Assembly: GCA_030583785.1 (NCBI GenBank)
Contig: CP129475.1
Location: 159,559-223,558 of the forward strand
Direction of reading: 5' to 3'
From: Candidatus Dojkabacteria bacterium
Lineage (GTDB): Bacteria > Patescibacteriota > Dojkabacteria > B142 > OLB20
Length of the DNA: 64,000 bases
In this document: positions 39,032 to 50,597 of the stretch, piece by piece
How positions within the stretch are numbered: position 1 is the stretch's first letter
How the letters are laid out: each line of letters begins with the position of its first letter
The notes under the pieces: model-generated
What the model was told of the DNA's origin: nothing
Database searches by the model: none
The model's input: only the letters and a program-made list of their open reading frames with translations
Position numbers and translations under genes: made by a program

Positions 39032-40975
39032 TTGAAATATTTTCATGCTATGAAGCGTAGTAAATTAATAGCAAGCACATTATTAATGGGTTCATTTTTA
39101 GCAGCAGCAACTCTGGTCGCGGTATTATTGTCTAGTACATCGACAAATTTTGAGAATAATTTTGCCTCAGCATCGCAAACAAACTTTACTATACAAAGAA
39201 ACAACTCATATCTGGCTAATCCCGGAATTGGTTGGCAATACATGGGTAGTTCGGACAAGTCGATACTCCCAGAAACAGTTGCCTATCCTGACAGACACCT
39301 AATCTCATGGAAGATTATAAATCCACAAGAAGGTGTCTATGACTTTTCAACAATTGATTCATTTTTAAGTCAAGCAATCGCTAATAATAAGCAACTTTCA
39401 TTTCGAGTCTATACTATGAGTGGAGAGGGCTATGGAGGACACCAGATGCCAACATGGGTAGTCAATAAAGGTATTCCTCTGGTTGGATCAGGTAGCGAAG
39501 CTGGTCAGCCAGATTACAGCAACTGTAATTACCAATTCTATTTGGCGCAGATGGTTGAGGCCCTAAGACAGAAATATGATGGAAATCCAAACATTGCCTA
39601 TATTGATATATCTGGCTATGGGAACTTCAATGAATGGAGCTACCACGACGGTATCACCGAATTTGAGCCTAATCCATATAGCCCTCAAACACCAGATGGT
39701 TATGCCAGAAATAGGCTAGTAGACATGTTTGTTGGTGGAAGTTCAAATAATCACTTGTGTCGTCAAAATAACGGGACAACTACAAGGGTAAGCTATAACT
39801 ATCAAGGCTTTCAGTCAACGCAGTTAATAATGCCTTGGGCGGGAATTCGTCATTCGGTTAAGTATGCATTTGAGAAGTCAGCGACAGTTGGATTTAGACA
39901 CGATTGTCTTGGCAGAAGCTCTTTAAGTGATTTCTCACAGCCCGAAATAACAGAAGCCTTCGGTAGTCGCTGGACAACTGCTCCAATTGTTTATGAACTG
40001 TGCGCTATAAACTGGAATAATTCAACCTTCCAAAAGAATGTATCCGATGTCATGTCTTTTTCACACGCATCGCTTATACACGATAACCCAAACGGAACCG
40101 CACAACCAAAGGAAACAATTATTAATTTAATGAAACCTGCGGGTTATAGGTACACTCTGGCTTCTGGATCATACCCTAGTCAGGCCGATGCAGGCAGTAC
40201 TATCACTATTAATACTTCTTGGCAGAACATTGGCTTAGCTCCAAACTATCCAAGGATGGGTCAAAATTTTAGAGCCTACATTGGACTTAAGAATTTAGCA
40301 GGCTCTGTTATTTTGCAGTCGGCATTTAATTCTCAAGTTAGTACCTGGATGCCAGCAGATACTTATGGTCAAAACCCACCAATAAACAATGCGAATCAAT
40401 CAATTACTATCCCTGCAAGCTTTAACTCAGGTATTTACAAACTTGTAGTTTTTATTAAAGATGAGAGAACTGGCAGAAACATTCAACTAGACCTTACAAA
40501 TGGTGATTCCAACAACTATTATGAAGTAGGTCAAATTACAGTCAACTCAACAACACCCACACCTTCACCTACATTAGCTCCTACAGCTACAGTGACAATT
40601 TCACCAAGCCCAACAATAGTAACACCAAGTCCGACTCAAAACCCAAGGCCATCGCAAAATCCTGCTTTAACAAGTCCAACGCCAACATTTAGCATGATCG
40701 AAACTATACAACCAACAATCATAAATAGTATTCAAGTTATACAAGCTCAAGAGCCTAACAAGCCTAGTACAACTCCTTCTATCCAAGAACCCGAACAAGA
40801 ACTGCCTTCGCTAGTTGTTGATACACCTAAAGGAAATGTAGACGAAGACCCCGTAGATGCAAATGTCATTGACATTCAAAAAACAGTCATAGATAATCCC
40901 TATCTACCATTAACTGGACTTATTCTAGTTGGGGTATTAATGATAATTGGAGGCTTTCTACTTAAGCGAACTTAG
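39032..40975 (+). CDS. secreted putative glycoside hydrolase-like protein with Pro/Thr linker and LPXTG-type sortase anchor
   Basis: Signal peptide; C-terminus 'NPYLPLTGLILVGVLMIIGGFLLKRT' (LPxTG + hydrophobic + basic tail); PT-rich 'TPTPSPTLAPTATVTISPSPT'. Confidence 0.5.
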   Translation: MKYFHAMKRSKLIASTLLMGSFLAAATLVAVLLSSTSTNFENNFASASQTNFTIQRNNSYLANPGIGWQYMGSSDKSILPETVAYPDRHLISWKIINPQEGVYDFSTIDSFLSQAIANNKQLSFRVYTMSGEGYGGHQMPTWVVNKGIPLVGSGSEAGQPDYSNCNYQFYLAQMVEALRQKYDGNPNIAYIDISGYGNFNEWSYHDGITEFEPNPYSPQTPDGYARNRLVDMFVGGSSNNHLCRQNNGTTTRVSYNYQGFQSTQLIMPWAGIRHSVKYAFEKSATVGFRHDCLGRSSLSDFSQPEITEAFGSRWTTAPIVYELCAINWNNSTFQKNVSDVMSFSHASLIHDNPNGTAQPKETIINLMKPAGYRYTLASGSYPSQADAGSTITINTSWQNIGLAPNYPRMGQNFRAYIGLKNLAGSVILQSAFNSQVSTWMPADTYGQNPPINNANQSITIPASFNSGIYKLVVFIKDERTGRNIQLDLTNGDSNNYYEVGQITVNSTTPTPSPTLAPTATVTISPSPTIVTPSPTQNPRPSQNPALTSPTPTFSMIETIQPTIINSIQVIQAQEPNKPSTTPSIQEPEQELPSLVVDTPKGNVDEDPVDANVIDIQKTVIDNPYLPLTGLILVGVLMIIGGFLLKRT

Positions 40976-41318
40976 CAATAATTAGCAGTACAAGTTGTGA
41001 GAGAATCGCTATTACGAACACTCTAAAATCCATCTTTGAAATGTTTACATTCCTTGATCTGCCTCTATCAGTTGATCTTTGATACTCGTAATTTTCCTTT
41101 TTTGCATGTTTTTCTTTATTAACATAGATATTTCCTCTTTTCTTTGAGATCGATATCGCTTGCCTATAAGCCCTTACTGTATTTATGAACGCCTTATCTG
41201 ATCCACTCTCTTTATCAGGATGATATCTAGCCGCTAGATTTCTAAAAGCTGCTTTTATTTCGCCTTCTGTGGCGGATTCACTTACTCCAAGTTGTTGAAA
41301 GGGACTTATTTGATGCAT
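40962..41318 (-). CDS. J-domain protein with C-terminal TM anchor
   Basis: 'LGVSESATEGEIKAAFRNLAARYHPDK' J-domain with HPD; C-terminal hydrophobic 'FVIAILSQLVLLIIAKFA'. Confidence 0.6.
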   Translation of the reverse strand: MHQISPFQQLGVSESATEGEIKAAFRNLAARYHPDKESGSDKAFINTVRAYRQAISISKKRGNIYVNKEKHAKKENYEYQRSTDRGRSRNVNISKMDFRVFVIAILSQLVLLIIAKFA

Positions 41319-41376
41319 AGATGATTATACCACTGCACTTATACAAGAGAAACTGTGATTAAGCTATAATAACCGC

Positions 41377-43776
41377 ATGGGAAATCAACTTAAGGGCTTA
41401 ACAAATCAAGAGGTATCAGAACGGATTGCTGAAGGAAAGGTAAATACGATTACTTCACCGGACACAAAATCGTTCTGGCAGATACTGGCCAGTAACATAA
41501 TTGATCTGCCAAATATGATTATCTTCTTTTCGGTGATTGCTTTGTTTATATATGCAGAACCAAAAGACGCAGTTATTATCTCCCTAATTGTTGTAACAAA
41601 TATCATTGTCTCGGTTTATCAAGAAGTATCTGCCAGAAATTCTCTTAAAAAAATCCAATTGCTTAGCAGAGATAGAATCATCGTTATTAGAGAGGGGCAA
41701 CAACAAGAAATTGACCCAGAAGAAGTAGTTGCCGACGATTTAATTTTCATAGAATCCGGCAAATATGTTTATGTGGATGGCAAAGTTATCTCTGAAGAAG
41801 GGCTTTTAATAGACGAATCGATACTTACAGGAGAATCAGACTACAGCAATGTTAATGAGGGTCAAGAAATTCTTTCTGGCTCATTTGTAGTTGCTGGCAA
41901 GGGTTATTATCAAGCTATTAAGGTAGGCCCCGAAAGCTTTATCAACAAGATAACAAGCGAAACCAAAAGCTATGTTGCCTATCTTTCGCCTCTGCAAAAG
42001 CAAGTGAATAAAATGCTTAAAGGTTTGACTTACCTTACTATTGTTTTAATAGCAGTTATTGTTGCACGCAATCTAGTCATAAGAGAGTTCTCACAGGGCG
42101 AACTGGCTGAAGCAATTGTTTCGGTAATCAGCTCTATGGTGCCACAAGGAATTGTTTTAACCTTAACCATCGCTTTTATGCTTGGAGCAACCAGAATGGG
42201 CACAAAGAGAATTATTGTTCAAAAGGCAAGCACAATAGAAACACTAGCAGGCATAAAATACTTATGCATGGATAAAACCGGAACAATAACTAGAAATATT
42301 CTCGAACTAAAGAAGATTTTACCTTTCCATAATTATACTCGAACAAGAACAGAAGAGTATCTTGCACTTTACGCCAACCTAAGTCTTGAACAGAACAAAA
42401 CAATCAAAGCAATAGGCGATGCACTTAAACTAAATCCAGACATGGACATGCCTAATGTGGCCGAGCAACTTCCATTTACCTCGAGAGCTAAGATGAGCGG
42501 ATTATCTCTTAAAGACGAAACTGGCTACAATCATTTGCTTTTCGGATCTGTCGAAAGCCTAATCAATTACTGCAAAATTGAGTATCATAGGGAGATAATA
42601 GATCTTGAAGAAGAATATGCAAAACAAGGCATGCGTGTGCTCATCCTGCTTCATCGTTTTCAAAATAATGAAAAAAAACTATTAAGTGATGATAAAAAAT
42701 ATAATCCAGCAGCAATAGTTGTATTAGAAGACAGGCTTCGAGAAGGATCGAGATCAATTATGCAAACATTTATTGATAAAAAAGTTAAGCCACTGATTAT
42801 CTCCGGGGATCACCCAGAAACACTCAAAGCCCTAATCAAACAATTAAACATTAGTACCTTAACAAATATTACTACCGGAAAAAGACTGGCCGAATGCACT
42901 ACAGAAACTGAATTTGACGATCTAGTTCATGAAAGCGATATCTTTGCCAGAGTTAGCCCTGAACAAAAGGTAGAAATAATTAAATCTCTTCAAAAAGGCA
43001 AGACTTATGTAGCAATGGTTGGAGATGGAGTAAACGATGCTCTCGCCATAAAACAGGCAAATCTCGGTATTGCTATGGGGAGCGGAGCAAATGTAACTAA
43101 GAATATCGCCGACATTATTCTTCTGGACGACAACATTGCCTCGCTTGCAGACATTGTAGATGAAGGAAGGATTATTCTAATTAATACTCTAAGATCCGCT
43201 CAGTTACTAATCATGCGGCATGCATACTCGATAATTATCATTATCGGTGCATTATTGCTAGGGCTTACTTTTCCATTCTATCCATTTGGATTATTCCTGC
43301 TTGCCTTTACAAATGGGAGTATCCCCGTTTTGGCTATTGTTCTAGCTAAACCAACAGAAATGAAAATGCCGGATTTTCTTGGTGAACTTGCAGATTTCTT
43401 AATTGCAGGAGGCATTCCTGCAGGAATATTATCACTAATCCTTCTTGTTAATCACCAAGGCTATGACCAAAGAGAGGTGCAAACTATGTTGCTTGCGTTT
43501 CTAACTGTTGTCGGTGTCATTAACTATTTATTTACCATAAAGAATTCATTCCAGCTATCAGACATTCTTAAGCCAGAGAAATTAAGCCTACTCGCTCCGT
43601 TTATTATCGTGTTTTATTTAATGGCGATGTATATTCCGCTCTTTAGTAACTTTGTTGAAATGACACCTTTGAGTTTATCTACCTGGGTCGAAATAGGAGG
43701 CTTGTTGCTTATTTATATTGGTGCAATGTCAATAATTGGAACGACCCTTAAATCAAAACTGATCAAGGGTCGCTAA
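41377..43776 (+). CDS. cation-transporting P-type ATPase (P2/P3-like)
   Basis: 'CMDKTGTITRN', 'MVGDGVNDALAIKQANLGIAMG'; 799 aa; 10-TM architecture. Confidence 0.8.
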   Translation: MGNQLKGLTNQEVSERIAEGKVNTITSPDTKSFWQILASNIIDLPNMIIFFSVIALFIYAEPKDAVIISLIVVTNIIVSVYQEVSARNSLKKIQLLSRDRIIVIREGQQQEIDPEEVVADDLIFIESGKYVYVDGKVISEEGLLIDESILTGESDYSNVNEGQEILSGSFVVAGKGYYQAIKVGPESFINKITSETKSYVAYLSPLQKQVNKMLKGLTYLTIVLIAVIVARNLVIREFSQGELAEAIVSVISSMVPQGIVLTLTIAFMLGATRMGTKRIIVQKASTIETLAGIKYLCMDKTGTITRNILELKKILPFHNYTRTRTEEYLALYANLSLEQNKTIKAIGDALKLNPDMDMPNVAEQLPFTSRAKMSGLSLKDETGYNHLLFGSVESLINYCKIEYHREIIDLEEEYAKQGMRVLILLHRFQNNEKKLLSDDKKYNPAAIVVLEDRLREGSRSIMQTFIDKKVKPLIISGDHPETLKALIKQLNISTLTNITTGKRLAECTTETEFDDLVHESDIFARVSPEQKVEIIKSLQKGKTYVAMVGDGVNDALAIKQANLGIAMGSGANVTKNIADIILLDDNIASLADIVDEGRIILINTLRSAQLLIMRHAYSIIIIIGALLLGLTFPFYPFGLFLLAFTNGSIPVLAIVLAKPTEMKMPDFLGELADFLIAGGIPAGILSLILLVNHQGYDQREVQTMLLAFLTVVGVINYLFTIKNSFQLSDILKPEKLSLLAPFIIVFYLMAMYIPLFSNFVEMTPLSLSTWVEIGGLLLIYIGAMSIIGTTLKSKLIKGR

Positions 43777-44199
43777 TTTAGATTTGTTTTCGATATTTTT
43801 TTTAGCCACATTGATTCTAGCTAGTTCTTTTTCGATTTTCGCCTGTACTCTTGCGAACTCAACATCTGCAATATCCTGTTTCTTCTTTAGATACTCAATG
43901 GCTTTTTGTCTGGCTTCTTCGGCTCTAGCAAGATCGATTTCTTCGGCTCTTTCTGCCGTATCTGCCAAAATATGGATTTCGCTTTCGCGTCTAATCTCAA
44001 TAATTCCTTTGGATACTGCAAGCTCCACCTGATGATCTCCTTTGTCGATTATCAATTCACCAGCGGTAATAATCGAAACTAAAGGTATATGATCATCCAT
44101 AATTGTAATAACACCTGCAGCAGTAGGAACTGTCAAAGACTTGATCTGCTTATCTTCGTAAATTGTACCTTGCGGTGTGGCAATAATTAAATGAACCAT
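43753..44199 (-). CDS. atpC: F1 ATP synthase epsilon subunit
   Basis: 'LIIATPQGTIYEDKQIKSLTVPTAAGVITIMDDHIPLVS'; last gene of the atp operon. Confidence 0.8.
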   Translation of the reverse strand: MVHLIIATPQGTIYEDKQIKSLTVPTAAGVITIMDDHIPLVSIITAGELIIDKGDHQVELAVSKGIIEIRRESEIHILADTAERAEEIDLARAEEARQKAIEYLKKKQDIADVEFARVQAKIEKELARINVAKKNIENKSKLATLDQF

Positions 44200-44201
44200 A
44201 A

Positions 44202-45617
<1,416 letters not shown>

Positions 45618-45624
45618 TTAATAA

Positions 45625-46545
45625 CTAATCTTGTTCAAGTGCGTTTGCACCACTCGTGATTTCTGCAATCTCTTGAGTAATAGCTGCTTGACGCCCTTTG
45701 TTAAATATTAATGTTAAATTGTCGATCATTTCACCAGCTGATTCTGTAGCATTCTTCATTGCCATCATTCTGCTACTATGTTCACTAGCCGCCGATTCTA
45801 AAATCGAGTGATAAATCTGCACTTCGACAAGAAGTGGAATCAGATATTCTATTAAAACAGTCCTATTTGGTTCAAAGGCATATTCATCTGCAGTGAACCT
45901 GTCCGGATTGTCATTAAATTCCTTACCTGAGTTAATTGATGTTGTAGTAATATCATCTACCATTTCTTTAATTACATTTGGTTTCAAGGGGAGAACCTGC
46001 TTGTGTTCTACAATCTGTAAGAGTCCGGAAACATAATTGGTGTAGACTATTTCGACTTTACCGTATTCTCCAGCTTTAAAGCGATTCATAATGTCTACTG
46101 CAATAGGGATAACATCTTCAAACGATACATTCTCTGAAAATCTCTCGTATACACCTAAAAGGTTAAGTTTGTTTCTTTTGGCAAATGCTGCGGACTTTTT
46201 TCCTAAAGCGAGAATATCTGGTTGGTTGCTTTCTGCTTGTAAGATTTGATTTGCAGTCTTAGCAACATTAGCATTATAGCTACCGCACAAACCCCTGTTG
46301 GATGTAACCATTATTATTAGTGTTTTAGAAACAATTTGATCTAGCATCAGGGGATGGCTAATCTTTTGTTTTGCTAAATTTTCGAGAAGTTCATAGGCCA
46401 AATTAGCATAGGATCTCATTTGAATGGCAGATTCAACCGCTTTTCGCATTTTAACTGCAGCGATCATCTGCATAGCCTTAGTGATCTTTTTTGTATTCTT
46501 AACAGACTTGATTCTGGTTTTAATTGCTTTGGTATTTACAGGCAT
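45625..46545 (-). CDS. atpG: F1 ATP synthase gamma subunit
   Basis: Conserved N-terminal 'IKTRIKSVKNTKKITKAMQMIAAVKMRKA' and C-terminal 'ITQEIAEITSGANAL'. Confidence 0.9.
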   Translation of the reverse strand: MPVNTKAIKTRIKSVKNTKKITKAMQMIAAVKMRKAVESAIQMRSYANLAYELLENLAKQKISHPLMLDQIVSKTLIIMVTSNRGLCGSYNANVAKTANQILQAESNQPDILALGKKSAAFAKRNKLNLLGVYERFSENVSFEDVIPIAVDIMNRFKAGEYGKVEIVYTNYVSGLLQIVEHKQVLPLKPNVIKEMVDDITTTSINSGKEFNDNPDRFTADEYAFEPNRTVLIEYLIPLLVEVQIYHSILESAASEHSSRMMAMKNATESAGEMIDNLTLIFNKGRQAAITQEIAEITSGANALEQD

Positions 46546-48050
46546 TAATCTGTTTTAAACTCTTTGGTAAAGTCTTTGGCAATAGCAGATAATTCTTCTT
46601 TTAACTCGTCACTCCAATCTGCTGCTATGATTTTTTCGACTACACTTGGCTTAGTAGATTTAACAAATTCTATGAAGTCATGCTCTGCCTTTTTAATTAG
46701 TTCTACTTTGATATCATCAAAAAAACCGTTGCTAGCAGCAAAAATTCCAAGAACTTGATCCTCAACGGGTTGTGGGTTGTATGGAGGTTGTTTAAGAAGT
46801 TCTGTTATTCTTCTGCCTCTTTCGATTTTTTTCCGAGTGTCTTCATCAAGATCACTTGAAAACTGTGCAAAAGCTTCTAATTCTCGGAATTGAGCAAGAT
46901 CGAGCTTCATGCTTCCGGCAACTTTCTTCATTGGTTTTGTTTGTGCAGCGCCACCGACTCTGGAAACAGACAACCCGACATTAACTGCAGGTCTTGTTCC
47001 TTTATAGAACAAACTTGTTTCAAGAAATATCTGTCCATCTGTAATTGAGATTACATTTGTTGGCACATATGCAGAAATGTCTCCGGCTTGAGTTTCGATT
47101 ATGGGAAGGGCGGTAATCGAACCACCTCCGTTTTCTTTATTAAGGTTTGCTGCTCGCTCTAATAGCCTTGAGTGTAGATAGAAGACATCTCCCGGATAAG
47201 CTTCTCTTCCTGGAGGGCGTCTTAATAGGAGCGACATTTCGCGATATGCCCATGCATGTTTTGTTAAGTCATCATAGACAACAAGTACATCTTTACCTTT
47301 AGCTGCAAAATATTCTGCTAAAGAAACCCCAGAGTAGGGGGCAAGGTAAAGCATAGGAGCTGGATCTGATGCGCTGGCAAGTACAACTGTTGTGTATTCC
47401 ATTGCTCCTCTTTCTTTGAGAGTATTCACAATTCGAGCGACCTTTGATTCCTTTTGACCTATGGCAACATATATGCAGATAACTCCTGTGCCTTTTTGGT
47501 TAAGGATTGTATCGATCGCAATAGTTGTTTTTCCAGTCTGTCTATCGCCAAGAATTAATTCTCTTTGACCACGACCGATTGGAATTAAAGCGTCAATCGC
47601 TTTGATTCCAGTTTGCAATGGAACGGATACAGGTTCTCTGGTCATAACTCCTGGAGCAATCTTTTCTACAGGTGAAAACTCTGTTGTAGCAATGTCTCCA
47701 TTACCATCTATCGCGTCTCCTAAAGGATTAATAACTCTGCCAATCATATCTTCTCCAACTGGAATTGACATAATCTTTCCTGTTCTTTTAACAACATCTC
47801 CTTCTTTAATTCCGATGTAATCACCTAAGATAATAGCTCCGACCGTGTCAAATTCGAGGTTTAGTGCGAGACCTGTAACTCCTCCGCTAAATTCAAGCAT
47901 CTCTTGTGACTGAGCTTTAGCCAAGCCTTCGACAAGAGCTATGCCGTCCTTAACTTCGAGAACGGTTCCAACTTCTTCTCTTTGAATAGTGGGGTCGTAC
48001 TGCTCAATTCCTTCTTTGAGAGAAGAGACAATTTTATTTGTGTCTGTCAT
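46545..48050 (-). CDS. atpA: F1 ATP synthase alpha subunit
   Basis: '[11 protein letters not shown]' P-loop; 501 aa. Confidence 0.95.
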   Translation of the reverse strand: MTDTNKIVSSLKEGIEQYDPTIQREEVGTVLEVKDGIALVEGLAKAQSQEMLEFSGGVTGLALNLEFDTVGAIILGDYIGIKEGDVVKRTGKIMSIPVGEDMIGRVINPLGDAIDGNGDIATTEFSPVEKIAPGVMTREPVSVPLQTGIKAIDALIPIGRGQRELILGDRQTGKTTIAIDTILNQKGTGVICIYVAIGQKESKVARIVNTLKERGAMEYTTVVLASASDPAPMLYLAPYSGVSLAEYFAAKGKDVLVVYDDLTKHAWAYREMSLLLRRPPGREAYPGDVFYLHSRLLERAANLNKENGGGSITALPIIETQAGDISAYVPTNVISITDGQIFLETSLFYKGTRPAVNVGLSVSRVGGAAQTKPMKKVAGSMKLDLAQFRELEAFAQFSSDLDEDTRKKIERGRRITELLKQPPYNPQPVEDQVLGIFAASNGFFDDIKVELIKKAEHDFIEFVKSTKPSVVEKIIAADWSDELKEELSAIAKDFTKEFKTD

Positions 48051-48306
48051 ATGTTTTAAGGTTGTATAATTTATGTCTTAATTTATCGAGTTGCGATCTG
48101 ATGCTTCCATCAAATAACTCGGTCTTTTTTTGAATTCGAATGCCTCCTATTAAAGTCTCATCAATTTCTTCTTGAATACGAAGATTATCTCCAAATAAAA
48201 CTGATATTCTTTGCTTATCTTCTTCGCTAATTTCTTGTGCACTCCTGACAATTATTTGATCAGGAGCCCTTAGTGGCTTATATTTTCGTCTACGCTTATG
48301 CTTCAT
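48034..48306 (-). CDS. atpH: ATP synthase delta (OSCP) subunit, C-terminal domain only (90 aa)
   Basis: '[25 protein letters not shown]' matches the delta C-terminal domain; sits between atpF and atpA with overlaps at both ends, leaving no room for the N-terminal domain. Confidence 0.55.
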   Translation of the reverse strand: MKHKRRRKYKPLRAPDQIIVRSAQEISEEDKQRISVLFGDNLRIQEEIDETLIGGIRIQKKTELFDGSIRSQLDKLRHKLYNLKTYDRHK

Positions 48307-48815
48307 TTTTCTTCTAACTGATCAAGGTAACTATCAATTATTTCTCGATCTCTTTTTTTATCGAGTTTTTCTTTAATAATTTTCTCTGTTGCCATTATTG
48401 CCAAATCTGCAGTTTCTTTTTTAAGACTGGCTATCATTTGTTTGCGCTCTAACTCGATTTGCTCTCGTGATTTTTGTTCGAGTTCAGAAATATCGTCTTG
48501 AGCCTGGTTTTTAATATTTGTTGCTAGAAGCTCGGCTTCCTTTTTAGAATTCATAATAATTTCTGTGCCATCATGCTTTGCCTTATCAACAATCTCTGCA
48601 GAAAGTTGTTCTGCCATTTTCAGTTCGTGCTTATATTTTTCGGCATCGTCAAGTCCTTCTTGAATCTTTGCTTGTCTTGCATCAAGAGCATCGAAAATCT
48701 TTTTAAAAAAGAATTTTCGCAATACCAGTAGTATCACAAGAAAGTTGACAACATTAAATAAAAACATTTTGCCGTCAAAACCAATTTTCGCAAATACTTC
48801 GTTAATATCCATCAA
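48303..48815 (-). CDS. atpF: Fo ATP synthase b subunit
   Basis: N-terminal TM then long charged coiled coil; 170 aa; operon position. Confidence 0.75.
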   Translation of the reverse strand: MMDINEVFAKIGFDGKMFLFNVVNFLVILLVLRKFFFKKIFDALDARQAKIQEGLDDAEKYKHELKMAEQLSAEIVDKAKHDGTEIIMNSKKEAELLATNIKNQAQDDISELEQKSREQIELERKQMIASLKKETADLAIMATEKIIKEKLDKKRDREIIDSYLDQLEEK

Positions 48816-48831
48816 TCATAAGATAATCGTT

Positions 48832-48856
48832 GCAGCTGCCCCTTCGGGGCAGCTGC
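48832..48856 (-). other. GC-rich stem-loop in the atpE-atpF intergenic region
   Basis: GCAGCTGCCCC-TTC-GGGGCAGCTGC, a perfect 11-bp stem in an AT-rich context; no U-tract on the transcribed strand. Confidence 0.4.
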
Positions 48857-48864
48857 AAAAAAAG

Positions 48865-49080
48865 TTAAATTAAGAAGAATGCCACCAAAGAATAAATTGC
48901 TGTTGACTCAACAAGAGCTACAGAAATGATTACTTTGCTGAACATTGTCTCTTCCAGTTTAGGATTGCGCCCGATTGCTTTAAATGCAGATGACACAACA
49001 AGTCCTTCAGCAATGGCATTGGCTGCCATTCCCAAGATTGTAAAGGACTTTGCAAAAACTGTTGCTGATTCTGGGTCCAT
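48865..49080 (-). CDS. atpE: Fo ATP synthase c subunit
   Basis: Two-TM hairpin with essential carboxylate in 'SVALVESTAIYSLVAFF'; 71 aa. Confidence 0.85.
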   Translation of the reverse strand: MDPESATVFAKSFTILGMAANAIAEGLVVSSAFKAIGRNPKLEETMFSKVIISVALVESTAIYSLVAFFLI

Positions 49081-49102
49081 GAATAAACATTAAAAAAATA
49101 AA

Positions 49103-49891
49103 TTATTCTTCACTTAGAGCCATTCCGAAATATGATGCCGTTAAAGCGCTGAACACAATTGCTTGTATTACTCCCGAAAAAAGAGATAGCACAAAGAAGG
49201 GAATAGGCAAAAATAATGCAAAGATTCCCATCATAACTGAAGCCAGCAATTCTCCAGCAAAAATATTTCCGAACAACCTAAGTGATAATGATAAAGATTT
49301 TGCAAGCTCGGATACAACATCTAGTAAGCCTACAAAGAAATCTATAAAGGATAATATCCCTGCCCCAATTCCTTTCTTAAAACCTTCAATAATTCCTCCG
49401 AAACGAAAGTAACTATTCAGATAAGCAGGTACTCCTTTTTTATGAATTGAAAAGATATGTACAAATACGATTACGGCTACAGCTAATCCGAAAGTTGAAT
49501 TGAAATCAGAGGTAGTTGGTCTAAATAAACTCTGACCATCATAAGTTATCGATGTTATACCTGGTATCAGCAAAACCGTGTTAGATATCAGAAGGTATAA
49601 CATTAGTGTTCCAACAATCGGGAAGATTCGGCGGGCGATCTCTTCCTTTCCGGTGATCTGTGTAAAGAAGTTTAGAGCTGTTTGAACAATTATTTCAATA
49701 ATTAACTGGAATTTGCCAGGTTTAGAGTATACTAGCAAACTTCTTGAAGCCCAAATAGACAATAATATCAACAGAAATGTTACTAACAGTGCAGAAATCA
49801 TGCTGTTAGTAAAACCGACTCCAAACAGTGAGAATATCACATCTGATTGGACACTAATTAATTCAGATTTAAGTTGAAATAATGAACCCAT
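49103..49891 (-). CDS. atpB: Fo ATP synthase a subunit
   Basis: 'LSLRLFGNIFAGE' with essential Arg; 262 aa. Confidence 0.85.
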   Translation of the reverse strand: MGSLFQLKSELISVQSDVIFSLFGVGFTNSMISALLVTFLLILLSIWASRSLLVYSKPGKFQLIIEIIVQTALNFFTQITGKEEIARRIFPIVGTLMLYLLISNTVLLIPGITSITYDGQSLFRPTTSDFNSTFGLAVAVIVFVHIFSIHKKGVPAYLNSYFRFGGIIEGFKKGIGAGILSFIDFFVGLLDVVSELAKSLSLSLRLFGNIFAGELLASVMMGIFALFLPIPFFVLSLFSGVIQAIVFSALTASYFGMALSEE

Positions 49892-49897
49892 GATTGA

Positions 49898-50215
49898 TTA
49901 CTCTTTCGATTTTGTAGCTGACTTTTGTTTTTCTTCAAGTGCAGCCTCTGATTGGTCTGGCATATTCTTATAGCCAGTTAATATTCCGAATTTCTTATCC
50001 ATAATGAAAATTCCTACCCATGACATAACAAAAAAGAATGCAAGGATTGCTAAGGATCCCCATGGTCTTGAGTCGAAATGGTTGTCTATGGCTCTGCCGA
50101 TAAAAGCAGCAATAACCGCAGGGACGGAAAAAATGAAAAGAGCTTTAAGCGTGAGCATGTATGTTCTTCTTTTAATTCTTTTTAACTGTTCTTCGCGTGT
50201 TTCCTTCTCTGACAT
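49898..50215 (-). CDS. small membrane protein, AtpI/AtpZ-like (upstream of atpB)
   Basis: 105 aa with two TM helices and charged termini; positional analogy only. Confidence 0.3.
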   Translation of the reverse strand: MSEKETREEQLKRIKRRTYMLTLKALFIFSVPAVIAAFIGRAIDNHFDSRPWGSLAILAFFFVMSWVGIFIMDKKFGILTGYKNMPDQSEAALEEKQKSATKSKE

Positions 50216-50285
50216 CAGGTTTTTAAATTAACAAGGGGATTATACAACAAGTACATATCAAGTGATAGCAATTTGCAACCAGATA

Positions 50286-50597
50286 CTAACTCTTCTGTAA
50301 AGGTCGATACTTGACACAATAATGAATGATCCCTTCAGAACTATCAGAATAAAGCTTGCGATACACTGGCTCACAGTCTATTCCAGAGGCTAGATCTGCT
50401 TCGTTGCAATCAACAAGCTGAACAGTTGCTTTGCTTTTGTCTGAAAACTGCACTATAGCTATGATATATGGCGTATATGCTTCGAATCCAGACGGTGCGG
50501 CATGTACGGTAGACCAGGTGAGCAGGGTTGCATTACCTTTGTCTTGATACCTTTCTTGATATCTTCTCCAAACTTTTGCAGAACTTTTCTTATACAT
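50286..50597 (-). CDS. DUF35/OB-fold protein (thiolase/HMGCS scaffold partner), start trimmed to internal ATG
   Basis: 'YQERYQDKGNATLLTWSTVHAAPSGFEAYTPYIIAIVQF...ATVQLVDCNE' OB-fold typical of archaeal DUF35; immediately downstream of the thiolase. Confidence 0.5.
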   Translation of the reverse strand: MYKKSSAKVWRRYQERYQDKGNATLLTWSTVHAAPSGFEAYTPYIIAIVQFSDKSKATVQLVDCNEADLASGIDCEPVYRKLYSDSSEGIIHYCVKYRPLQKS

